Source: Firmicutes bacterium UBA5389 (GTDB lineage Bacteria; Bacillota; DTU025). From it: a stretch of DNA of 64,000 nt. The position numbers were made by a program, and so were the translations under genes. Below the pieces are notes generated by a model. That model was not told where the DNA came from. It saw only the letters and a list, made by a program, of their open reading frames with translations, and did not search any database. This document shows positions 35,900 to 44,291 of the stretch, one piece after another. Each line of letters opens with the position of its first letter. Position 1 is the stretch's first letter. The stretch lies in NCBI GenBank assembly GCA_002409965.1, contig DHON01000122.1:19867-83866 (forward strand). The letters are read 5' to 3'.

Positions 35900-37924
35900 A
35901 TGTTTTCCATTATCCGCGAGCGATTATGGGCGCGCCGCTTCGCTTCGGCCATTGCCATCGCCCTGTGTGCCCTGTCCGCGATGGGCGGGGGCGCGTGGGC
36001 CGCGAATGCCGCGCCTGTTGCGATAAGCAACGAGTTCATCAGAATACTCGTGAACCCTGGCCCCGAGGAGGCAGGGCGATTCGGGGTCGAAACCACCGGA
36101 GGAGATCCGCGCAATCCGGCAGACGATGACCTGCCCCTGATCTACGGGCGGCCCATGCCCTGGACATCTTACACAACTGTGCAGGTAGACGGGGTCGATT
36201 GGGTTTTCGGAGGCAAGACTACTCGCCGCGCCGGTAGGAGCGGGCGTTACGGTGAGGCAATCGGGCCCGCCCAGGTCAAAGACGGGCGGATAGTGTGTTC
36301 CTATTCTCTGGGCGACCTCCGAGTCACCCAGCAGCTGTCGTTCGTCAAGAGCCCGACGACGCGTTACCTCGACACCTCGAGGATCCACTATATTGTGGAG
36401 AACGCCGGGCAGATGACGCACAGCGTAGGATTGCGTCTGTTGATCGACACCATGCTTGGTGCGAACGACGGCGCCCCTCTGCGAGCCGGGGACCAGGCTA
36501 TGACGGGAGATACGATGCTTTCCGGGGCGCAGATACCCGACTACTGGCAGGCCTTTGACTCGCTGGTCGAACCGTCAGTTACCTCGCAGGGCACGATGGC
36601 CGGCGGCGAGCTGACCTCGCCTTCGCGCATCGCCTTTTCCAACTGGGGCACGTTCGCCGACAACCTGTGGGTTGCCGAAATCGTCCCTGGACGCGAGTTC
36701 GTACGCTCACGCGAATCCGATCTCGACTCGGCAGTTGCGATGTACTGGGACCCGTCTGCGCTTGCTCCGGGAGAGGTCAGGCATTACGTGACCTACTACG
36801 GGCTGGGCGGGATCACTCTCGCTCCGGGCAAGCTCGCACTGGGCATCACCGCGCCTGCAGAGGTGGGCCTGTCGTCGGACGGAGCGGCACCTTTCCTGGC
36901 TGTTGCGTACGTGCACAACACAGGCGAAGGGCCGGCTCATGACCTAGTTGCTCGGCTGGACTTGCCCATCGGCTACAAGCTCGCGGGCGGCCAAGGCAAT
37001 ACTCGCTCAATCGGCGACCTCGAACCTGGGCAGACGGCGCAAGTCGCGTGGCAAGTCGTTGCAACGTGGGCTTCGGTGGGACGGGCCGATCTGTGCGTAT
37101 CGGTATCTGCCAAGAACGCTGATCCAAACGTGGTGTCCAGAGAGATCCAGGTCCTCGGGCCGCCGCGACTGCTGGCGAGCGTGAGGCGGGTCGAGGCGCT
37201 TTTGGTCCGCGACGAGAGGCTCTATCCGTGGCCCGCCAGGGTGACGGTGAGAGTGGAGAACACCGGCGGGTCCGATGCCAACTGGGTTCGTGTCCGCCTC
37301 GACTCCCTGGGCGATTTCGCTTTGTCAGGCGGAGATCATCGCGAACTCCTCCTCGGCAGCTTGCAGCCCAACCAGGGGCAGGACATCACGTGGATGCTGG
37401 GAGGCGAACCGCGTCCGGGCGAACAGAAGATAGTGGCCTCGGCCGCCGCGCAGAACGCTCCGATTTCGCTGGCGAGCGCGTCTGTGCAGGTGCCGGAGCT
37501 CGTGCCCAGGGCATGGATCAAGCCGGGCAAAGGACGCGTCAAGGCAGGCGACATGGTGCACGTGGACGTGATGCTTACCAACATGGTCGGCGTGGATTCG
37601 TTCAAGTTCGATCTGAGCTACGATCAAGAGCTGCTGCAACTGGCCATGGTATCCAGGGGCGACCTGACGGTAGCAGGCAACGACTTGCTGCCGTGGGACG
37701 CAGGCGCGCCCAAGCCGGCCTCAGGGCGCATCGTGGGCATATCCGGCCGCATCGGCGAGCCCGGCAAAGTCTGGGGAAGCGCCGCGACGGTCTACTTCCT
37801 AGCGAAGCAGCCCGGCAGCGCAGTCCTGTCTATAGAGAATCTGACTCTTCTGGACGCATCAGGCAGGGCCATCACGGCCGTTCCGGCCCTGATTCCTTGT
37901 ACGGTCCAAATCAGCAGGGAATAG
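35900..37924 (+). CDS. Secreted multidomain protein: unknown N-domain, two CARDB-like domains and a C-terminal cohesin-like domain
   Basis: Signal peptide ending AWAANA. The C-terminus GDMVHVDVMLTNMVGVDSFKFDLSYDQELLQLAMVSRGDL fits the cohesin type I pattern. VENTGG and HNTGEG motifs are CARDB-like. Confidence 0.55.
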   Translation: MFSIIRERLWARRFASAIAIALCALSAMGGGAWAANAAPVAISNEFIRILVNPGPEEAGRFGVETTGGDPRNPADDDLPLIYGRPMPWTSYTTVQVDGVDWVFGGKTTRRAGRSGRYGEAIGPAQVKDGRIVCSYSLGDLRVTQQLSFVKSPTTRYLDTSRIHYIVENAGQMTHSVGLRLLIDTMLGANDGAPLRAGDQAMTGDTMLSGAQIPDYWQAFDSLVEPSVTSQGTMAGGELTSPSRIAFSNWGTFADNLWVAEIVPGREFVRSRESDLDSAVAMYWDPSALAPGEVRHYVTYYGLGGITLAPGKLALGITAPAEVGLSSDGAAPFLAVAYVHNTGEGPAHDLVARLDLPIGYKLAGGQGNTRSIGDLEPGQTAQVAWQVVATWASVGRADLCVSVSAKNADPNVVSREIQVLGPPRLLASVRRVEALLVRDERLYPWPARVTVRVENTGGSDANWVRVRLDSLGDFALSGGDHRELLLGSLQPNQGQDITWMLGGEPRPGEQKIVASAAAQNAPISLASASVQVPELVPRAWIKPGKGRVKAGDMVHVDVMLTNMVGVDSFKFDLSYDQELLQLAMVSRGDLTVAGNDLLPWDAGAPKPASGRIVGISGRIGEPGKVWGSAATVYFLAKQPGSAVLSIENLTLLDASGRAITAVPALIPCTVQISRE

Positions 37925-37949
37925 CATCGAAAGGCAAGGAGGGATAGGG

Positions 37950-40022
37950 ATGTCTGTGGTATCAAGGCGGTTGCTCACCGCTGTCAGTAGTTTGCTCGTG
38001 GTTGTGCTGATGGCTTCGGCCGCTATCGCGGCGCCTGCTGCGGTGGCCGATGTGCCCACCGACCACTGGGCGTATGAAGCCGTGACATTGCTGGTGAATA
38101 AGGGATACATGGGTGTCTACGAGTCGGGGCAGTTCCGAGGGGACGATAGCGTTAGCAGGTACCTGCTGGCGTTTGTGGCAGCGCGGCTTCTGCGCGATGT
38201 GGAGTCGGGCCGAACTACGCTTACCGACGACGACATGAAAGTCGTTCGGGAGCTTTCGCTCAATCTACGGGAACAGCTGGCGGTGGTCACTGGCCGTCTG
38301 GCCCAGCTGGAGAAGGCCGCGGCGGATGCAGCGAGCGGTGCCGCCATCGCTTCCGACAATACGGCGCGCATGGCTGTGCAGTACGCCGAGTTCGTTGCGG
38401 CGATAGAGGAGCAGTTCAAACAGATCAAGGAAGATGCCGATGCCCGCGCCGGCGCCGGCGACCAGAAGCTAACTGCGCTGTACGCCGACTCCAAGAGGCA
38501 GATAATGGAAGGAGATGAAGCTCTCCGTCAGGAGCTGGCCGTGGTGTCGGCCAAGGCCGACTCGATCCATGCCTCTGTATTGGCAGCAGCGGAGAGCGAA
38601 ACCAAGTCCCGCCGGGATCTCGAATCCAAGCTGAGCCTGTCGATAGATGGTCTGAAGGCTGCGGACGGCGCTCAGCAGGCGCAGATAGACCGGCTCTCCT
38701 TGAAGCTGGATGAGGCCGTGGCCGCCAGCGCTTCAGTTCGGGCCTGGGCTGAGTCTGCCATTGCCGGAGAGGCCGCGGCCAGGCAGAGCCAGGTCGCGTC
38801 CCTCCAGGCCAAGCAGGACGAATTTGCCAAGTCGATGAGGCTTTCTTTCGATTCCGCGCTGGAGGCCGAGCGGGCCGCGCGCGCCAATGACCTGTCCGAC
38901 CTTCTGACTAAGCTAGAAGGGCTTACGAAGGTGCAAGACAACTTGGCCCAATCCTCCGCTCTGGCCCTTGGCGCCGCTGTCGAGGCCGAGCGGCGCGACC
39001 GCGAGGCGGCAGACGAAGCCCTGAGAGATGCAGACGACAAGCTCAGGCTGTCGCTGGACGCACTTGGGGCGCGGCTCGCGGCGGAGCGTACTGCGCGAGA
39101 GGCGGACACAGCGGAGCTAGCGAAAGCCCTCGGCGATCTGACAGCCAGCCATGATGAGTTGGCGGCATCGGCGGCATCGAAGGAAGCCCTCTCACAAGCT
39201 GCTGCTGCCGCATCGGCGTCCCTGGGCGCTGAGCAAATCGCCAGGCAGGAAGAGGCGCGCCGCATACTTGCGGATCTGGCCGCCGCGCGCGGCGAGATAG
39301 CCGACCTTGATCGCAAGACCGCCGAGGCTGATGCGGCGATCCTTGCAGGGCTCGCGGCCGAGCGGGCGCGGATAGACGCCGTCGCCGCTGAGCTTGCAGA
39401 CCTTAAGGAGAGCGTGGCGCAGCTTCAGCAGTACGCGCAGACCATCGATGGCGGGCTAGGTGAGCTCGCCCAGAAGCAGGGCTCCGATTACAGGCAACAG
39501 CGGCAAGCGCTGATCGATTTGCAGGTTGCACTGGATCAGCTCTCGAAGGCTCTGAACGACAAGATCGCGGCCAATGCCGCGGAAGATGTGCGCACCGGCG
39601 CCAAGATCGTCGAGAACGCTATGGATATCCGCAAGGTAGTCGATGCCCTAAACGAGACCAGGCAGGCGCTGAATGCCACTGCCGCGTCGACGAAAGAGGC
39701 ACACGCCGCCGTTGCCGAGGTCAACGCGGCCATAGAAGACGTGAACACGCGTCTGGCCAGCATCGAAATGATGCTCCAGGGCAGCGTGGACGAACTCAAG
39801 AGGCGCTTTGCAGACGATCTGGTGGCCGAGAGGTGGGAAGCGGAGGCCCGCGAGGTCAAGCTGCAGTCGATGATCGAAGAACTGCAGTCGCGTGTGGAAC
39901 GGCTCGAGGGGCAGAGAGAGGACCAGCCCGCCAAGATGAGCGGCGGAGCCATGATCGGCGTCCTAGCTGTAGTGGCTGCCATCGTGGCCGCGATAGCCAT
40001 CGGCTCCGGCGGAAGCAAGTAG
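37950..40022 (+). CDS. SLH-domain protein with a ~560 aa coiled-coil rod and C-terminal TM anchor (Omp-alpha-like spacer)
   Basis: Signal peptide, one SLH motif (VPTDHWAYEAVTLLVNKGYMGVYESGQFRGDDSVSRYLLAFVAARLL), a long Ala/Glu/Leu/Arg heptad-like region, and the terminal GGAMIGVLAVVAAIVAAIAIGSGGSK. Confidence 0.7.
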   Translation: MSVVSRRLLTAVSSLLVVVLMASAAIAAPAAVADVPTDHWAYEAVTLLVNKGYMGVYESGQFRGDDSVSRYLLAFVAARLLRDVESGRTTLTDDDMKVVRELSLNLREQLAVVTGRLAQLEKAAADAASGAAIASDNTARMAVQYAEFVAAIEEQFKQIKEDADARAGAGDQKLTALYADSKRQIMEGDEALRQELAVVSAKADSIHASVLAAAESETKSRRDLESKLSLSIDGLKAADGAQQAQIDRLSLKLDEAVAASASVRAWAESAIAGEAAARQSQVASLQAKQDEFAKSMRLSFDSALEAERAARANDLSDLLTKLEGLTKVQDNLAQSSALALGAAVEAERRDREAADEALRDADDKLRLSLDALGARLAAERTAREADTAELAKALGDLTASHDELAASAASKEALSQAAAAASASLGAEQIARQEEARRILADLAAARGEIADLDRKTAEADAAILAGLAAERARIDAVAAELADLKESVAQLQQYAQTIDGGLGELAQKQGSDYRQQRQALIDLQVALDQLSKALNDKIAANAAEDVRTGAKIVENAMDIRKVVDALNETRQALNATAASTKEAHAAVAEVNAAIEDVNTRLASIEMMLQGSVDELKRRFADDLVAERWEAEAREVKLQSMIEELQSRVERLEGQREDQPAKMSGGAMIGVLAVVAAIVAAIAIGSGGSK

Positions 40023-40061
40023 CGCCCGCCGAGCCAGCGTTTCGCGAGAGGTTGAAGAAAG

Positions 40062-40105
40062 GCTCGCAGCACTCGCGCCGTCAAATGGCGCGAAGCGCTG
40101 CGAGC
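40062..40105. terminator. Bidirectional hairpin between convergent genes
   Basis: GCTCGCAGC (40062-40070) pairs with GCTGCGAGC (40097-40105), with an inner GCGCC/GGCGC helix. The minus-strand tail is T-rich (CCTTTCTTC). Confidence 0.5.
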
Positions 40106-40116
40106 TTCCTGCTTCG

Positions 40117-40518
40117 CTACTTCTTCACGCCCTTCACACTGACCATGCCGCCTTTGGGATCGACCTTGTGGCAGTGCGTGCATGAACCGCCGTAGGTCTT
40201 CACGAAGTCGTTGCCCTCGCCCAGATGGCCCCGGTGCATGAGCTTGCCCATGTCGCCGCGCTTGGCGTGGCATATGTAGCAATTGTTGATGTCTTCCTTC
40301 ACCGATGGATGCTTCGGGAAAGCTTTCTTGATGGTCGCGCCCAGGCCGGAGTCCCCATCGCCGCCCTTAACATGACAATCCGTGCAGCCCTTCGGGTTCA
40401 CGTCAGCGGTGGCGCCTACGCCGTTTTGGGGATTGGCGGGCGCTGCGCCGAGGATTGCCATGGATGCTGCTATGGCTACCACCGCGGCCATGCAAAGAAT
40501 CACCAATGATTTCTTCAC
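40117..40518 (-). CDS. Small secreted triheme c-type cytochrome
   Basis: Three CXXCH motifs (CTDCH, CYICH, CTHCH) and a signal peptide. GGAGG lies 7 nt upstream of GTG 40518. Confidence 0.75.
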   Translation of the reverse strand: MKKSLVILCMAAVVAIAASMAILGAAPANPQNGVGATADVNPKGCTDCHVKGGDGDSGLGATIKKAFPKHPSVKEDINNCYICHAKRGDMGKLMHRGHLGEGNDFVKTYGGSCTHCHKVDPKGGMVSVKGVKK

Positions 40519-40728
40519 CAAATATCCTCCTTCAGCCATCTCTAACTGCGTACATTGCGCCTTATGTCACGATTATACCATTCGACCACAGAATGCAAAA
40601 GTCGCCGCCCCATCCTGCGGTTCCCGGGACGAACGCGATCCGCGGGTGGAACCAACGCTGTTCCAAAGTCATAATGTATAGCGCTTTGAGGTTGCAGGGC
40701 GGCGCGCGCTGCAAGGAGGGGTACACGG

Positions 40729-40908
40729 ATGGAGGAGGCGTCGAGCAGAGGGTTTATAGCTGATATCCTGGTCATCGCGGCGTTGATGGCCAGCATGTGG
40801 TTGACGACCGATGGCGAAGCCGAGGGGGAGGATCAGGTCGGGACCACGGCGGCAGCCGGGCCGCCCAAAGCTGGCGTGCATTTGGGCAGAGGCGAACCGA
40901 CGAGCTAG
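40729..40908 (+). CDS. Candidate 59-aa small membrane protein (below the ORF-track size cut-off)
   Basis: AAGGAGGGG lies 7-8 nt upstream of ATG 40729. It has one hydrophobic helix (FIADILVIAALMASMWL). No family was recognised. Confidence 0.3.
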   Translation: MEEASSRGFIADILVIAALMASMWLTTDGEAEGEDQVGTTAAAGPPKAGVHLGRGEPTS

Positions 40909-40943
40909 AGCATAGTGTGTGGCAGAGCTGGGGAGGTGGTGTC

Positions 40944-42110
40944 ATGCTACGGTCTTCCATCAGATTCTCCAAGTCGGGCAAGCGCCGTCAGCAGAAGATC
41001 GTGGTGTTCGAGGAGACCGTGGATCCTGCCGACTGGGTTGAGATTCTGTCGGGCTGCAGGGGGCATGTGTTGAAGGAACTGCCTTTGGTGCACGGACTTC
41101 TCGTTCTGGTCGACGAGGATGAGGCGGCGGACGTGCAGTCGCTGGCTAGCTCCCGGTCGGGAGTGCTTCGAGTGGATGACGATATCGACATCGATATGGT
41201 AGTTGAAGTGGGGCATCTGGCGTGGGGGCCCAAGTTCGTTGAGAACACGCCGTGGGGCCTATCCCGCATTAACCTAAAGGGTGTGGACCGGACAGGGAAG
41301 GGAGTCAAGATCGGTGTTCTGGACACGGGCGTGGATTCGACTCACCCGGACATCGGCCGGAACGTGAAGGGCGCAATCAACGCTATCGGCGGCGCGGCGT
41401 CTGCGCGCGATGACAACGGGCATGGCACTCACGTGTCGGGCACCATAGCTGCTCTGAGAAACGGGGTCGGTGTTGTGGGCGTCGCGCCTGACGCCAGCGT
41501 CTACTCTGTGAAAGTGCTTGACAACCGAGGGTCGGGCAAGTTGTCCAGCCTGGCTCAGGGAATGGAGTGGTGCATCGAACAGCAGATAAAGGTGGTCAAT
41601 CTCAGTCTCAGCGCGAGCAGAGACAATCAGACGTTCAGAGACGTGGTGCAAAGCGCAAGGAAGGCAGGGATCACCATGGTGTGCGCGGCGGGAAACAGCG
41701 GTCCATCGGCCAACACGGTGGGATACCCGGCCAAGTACATCGAGACTATCGCGGTTGCGGCTATAAACGACAAGGACGCAGTGGCAGACTTCTCCAGCAG
41801 GGGGAGGGAGGTCGCGGTGAGCGCGCCGGGAGTGGAGATCCTCTCGACATGGCCAGGGCGGAGATACCGCAAGAGTACGGGCACGTCCATGGCGGCGCCG
41901 CACGTTACGGGCGCTGTCGCGCTCCTGCTGGAAGCCGACCCCGCGCTGACGCCGTCTGAGATCAAGTCTATCCTCCAATCCACGTCCACGCCGCTTTCAG
42001 GAGCGGGCCCCGATGAACAGGGGGCGGGTGTCATAGACGTTGCCGCGGCCCTGGCCAGAGTGGCCAGAAAGAGGAGTCTAGCAGCCTCGAAGGTGGAGGT
42101 GGCCACATGA
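40944..42110 (+). CDS. Subtilisin-like serine protease (peptidase S8) with an I9-like propeptide and no obvious signal peptide
   Basis: Catalytic triad motifs VLDTGVD, HGTHVSGTIAA and GTSMAAPHVTGAVALL. GGGAGGTGG precedes ATG 40944. Confidence 0.9.
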   Translation: MLRSSIRFSKSGKRRQQKIVVFEETVDPADWVEILSGCRGHVLKELPLVHGLLVLVDEDEAADVQSLASSRSGVLRVDDDIDIDMVVEVGHLAWGPKFVENTPWGLSRINLKGVDRTGKGVKIGVLDTGVDSTHPDIGRNVKGAINAIGGAASARDDNGHGTHVSGTIAALRNGVGVVGVAPDASVYSVKVLDNRGSGKLSSLAQGMEWCIEQQIKVVNLSLSASRDNQTFRDVVQSARKAGITMVCAAGNSGPSANTVGYPAKYIETIAVAAINDKDAVADFSSRGREVAVSAPGVEILSTWPGRRYRKSTGTSMAAPHVTGAVALLLEADPALTPSEIKSILQSTSTPLSGAGPDEQGAGVIDVAAALARVARKRSLAASKVEVAT

Positions 42111-42598
42111 GATTGCCCACTGATTCCGAGAGCGTGGCTTTGATCCGGGCCTTGCGACCGTTCCTGAGCGATCGAGGGCAGTCGGCGGCAGACGACTTGC
42201 TGGGCTCTGTGAATCTCGTATCTGTATTCGATTCTCTGGGAGATGTCGTCAGGAAGCGGCGCGGGACGGGGTTGCACGATCGCCCGCTGGCGTTCCTGTC
42301 GGGCCTGGCCAACCTGGACCTCGATCCCAAGATTGTGGCGAAGGCGGTGGAGAGCATGATGGATATGGAGAAACCTAAGACTCCGCGCGAACCTCAGGTT
42401 CCGCACGAACCTCAGGCTCCGCGGCCGGAGGATATCACCAAGATGCTGCAGACCGTGATGGCGAGAGCCTCGTCTGACCCAAGTTTCGCATCTCTCCTCG
42501 GCTCGTTGGCCGAGGAGGGAATGAGGTCCAATATGCTCCCTAAGCTAATGGAGACGCTTGGCCCGGGGCTCGCTCCTCCAGGCGATAGGCCAGAGTAG
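42107..42598 (+). CDS. Hypothetical protein translationally coupled to the S8 protease
   Basis: 163 aa with an ATGA overlap with the protease stop. Helical N-part, Pro-rich centre (PREPQVPHEPQAPRPED). No family was recognised. Confidence 0.5.
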   Translation: MRLPTDSESVALIRALRPFLSDRGQSAADDLLGSVNLVSVFDSLGDVVRKRRGTGLHDRPLAFLSGLANLDLDPKIVAKAVESMMDMEKPKTPREPQVPHEPQAPRPEDITKMLQTVMARASSDPSFASLLGSLAEEGMRSNMLPKLMETLGPGLAPPGDRPE

Positions 42599-42623
42599 AA
42601 GGGGTAAGATCGGAGGCGCGGCA

Positions 42624-42725
42624 GTGAAACTCGATGGTCTGTTTTCGTCAAACACAGGGCTTGGCAAGCTGTTGCCGCTCTTCATCCTGCTTGTCGTGTT
42701 CCTGTTCGTCGAATGGTGGTTCTAG
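42624..42725 (+). CDS. Candidate 33-aa tiny hydrophobic peptide
   Basis: GGAGG lies 7 nt upstream of GTG 42624. Sequence: VKLDGLFSSNTGLGKLLPLFILLVVFLFVEWWF. Confidence 0.35.
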   Translation: MKLDGLFSSNTGLGKLLPLFILLVVFLFVEWWF

Positions 42726-42755
42726 CATGCCCATGGGGCACGGGGGTGAGACGTA

Positions 42756-42872
42756 ATGACTGAGAAGAGCGCTGAAACCAAGACGACCTGGTTTCTCTGG
42801 GGATTCCCGTGGTGGTGGTGGCTGATCATCATCGGCATAGTACTGGTCGTAGTTTTCCTCCTGTTTAGATAG
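42756..42872 (+). CDS. Candidate 38-aa tiny Trp-rich membrane peptide
   Basis: GGGGGTGAG lies upstream of ATG 42756. Sequence: MTEKSAETKTTWFLWGFPWWWWLIIIGIVLVVVFLLFR. A GC palindrome hairpin follows. Confidence 0.4.
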   Translation: MTEKSAETKTTWFLWGFPWWWWLIIIGIVLVVVFLLFR

Positions 42873-42888
42873 TGCATCGGTCCATTCC

Positions 42889-42914
42889 CAGGGCCGCGCG
42901 CGCGCGCGGCCCTG
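42889..42914 (+). terminator. GC-rich palindromic hairpin after the tiny-peptide ORFs
   Basis: CAGGGCCGCGCGCGCGCGCGGCCCTG is a perfect inverted repeat. Confidence 0.45.
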
Positions 42915-42955
42915 CCGCTTATATCCAGCCCTGCTTTTCGCCTGCCTGCGATGGG

Positions 42956-42964
42956 TGGTATAAT
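42956..42964 (+). promoter_or_regulatory. Extended -10 element TGgTATAAT upstream of the oxidoreductase/miaB genes
   Basis: TGGTATAAT at 42956-42964. The -35 element is weak. Confidence 0.35.
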
Positions 42965-43018
42965 ACGCGTAGAGCGCTCAAGCTCAGACTGCAGTTCGAA
43001 GAGGAGGTTGCCTCGACC

Positions 43019-44266
43019 ATGAACCGTTCTGAAGAACCGGGCATTGTCATCATCGGACTTGGCCCGGCCGGCCTGATGGCCCTTGAAGGAATAAGAGACC
43101 ACGATCCGGACGTTCCCGTGACGATTGTGTCGGGCGAACCTCATTATGCCTACTTCCGCCCCAGGCTGTCACACCTCCTCGGATCAGAAATCGCGCCCGA
43201 GCGTATTGCTGTGAAACCGCCTGCATGGTACGGGGATCGCCGGGCAGAGGTGTTGCTCGGACGCATGGCGCGGGCCATCGATGCGGAGCGCAGAGAGGTC
43301 GTCCTCGACGACGATGCGCGTCTGCCTGCGCGCGCAATTGTGCTGGCCTGCGGCAGCAGGCCGTTCATGCCTCCGCTGCCCGGGCTCGACAGGGAGGGCG
43401 TGTTCGCCCTGCGCACGGCGGCCGATGCCCAGGCGATCACTAGAGCCTGCAGGCGCGCGCGGGAGGTTTGCGTGGTGGGCGCAGGCCCGCTCGGGCTGGA
43501 AGCGGCGTGGGCCCTGGCCAAGCTGGACCTCACGGTCCACCTGCTCGAACATGGGCCCCGGCTTCTCGGCAAGATCCTGGACGAGCAGGCATCGCAGATG
43601 CTTTCGGACATCGTGGCGCGGGCAGGGATCAAGCTGCACCTTGCGGCTTCCAGCGAGTCAGTGACGGCGCGCGGAGTGCGACTGGCCTCAGGCGAGGAGA
43701 TCCCAGGCGAAGTGGTGCTGTTCTCCACGGGGGTCAGGCCCAACTTGGACCTTGCGGAGTCGGCGGCGATCCGCGTCAACCGCGGAGTCGTGGTGGACTC
43801 CATGATGCGCACATCGCAGCCGTGGATACATGCCGCAGGCGATGTGGCGGAGTTTGCAGGCGCGCCCGGCGGTACCTGGCCGGTGGCCATGGCTCAGGGA
43901 AAGGTGGCCGGCGCCAACGCTGCCGGGGCTATCGCCGACAACGCACTGATTGAGTATAAGGCTGTGCCGCCGTCGTACACTCTGATGGTGATGGGTACCA
44001 GGATCTTCACAATCGGGGATGTGCAGGATCAGGCTGGCGCGACAGCCGTCGTGTCCGAGGATGCGGCGCGAGGAATCCGACGCAAGCTGGTGTTGTCTGG
44101 GGGAAGGCTCGTGGGCGGGCTGCTTTTTGGGGATCTGGCCAAATTTGACAAGGTGCGGGATGGCATCGAGCGGAGGATTGAGTTGCCGGAGGCGGGACCT
44201 GTGCCCGCGCCCGACTACGATCAGATCATGGACATGCTCATCGGGGCGCTCGCGCCCGCTCAGTAG
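43019..44266 (+). CDS. NAD(P)/FAD-dependent pyridine nucleotide-disulfide oxidoreductase (rubredoxin/ferredoxin-reductase or NirB-N-terminal-like)
   Basis: IVIIGLGPAGLMA and VVGAGPLGLEAA dinucleotide motifs, YFRPRLSHLL, and AAGDVAEF. Confidence 0.8.
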   Translation: MNRSEEPGIVIIGLGPAGLMALEGIRDHDPDVPVTIVSGEPHYAYFRPRLSHLLGSEIAPERIAVKPPAWYGDRRAEVLLGRMARAIDAERREVVLDDDARLPARAIVLACGSRPFMPPLPGLDREGVFALRTAADAQAITRACRRAREVCVVGAGPLGLEAAWALAKLDLTVHLLEHGPRLLGKILDEQASQMLSDIVARAGIKLHLAASSESVTARGVRLASGEEIPGEVVLFSTGVRPNLDLAESAAIRVNRGVVVDSMMRTSQPWIHAAGDVAEFAGAPGGTWPVAMAQGKVAGANAAGAIADNALIEYKAVPPSYTLMVMGTRIFTIGDVQDQAGATAVVSEDAARGIRRKLVLSGGRLVGGLLFGDLAKFDKVRDGIERRIELPEAGPVPAPDYDQIMDMLIGALAPAQ

Positions 44267-44291
44267 CGATTGCCGTTCGGGAGGCTTGGTG

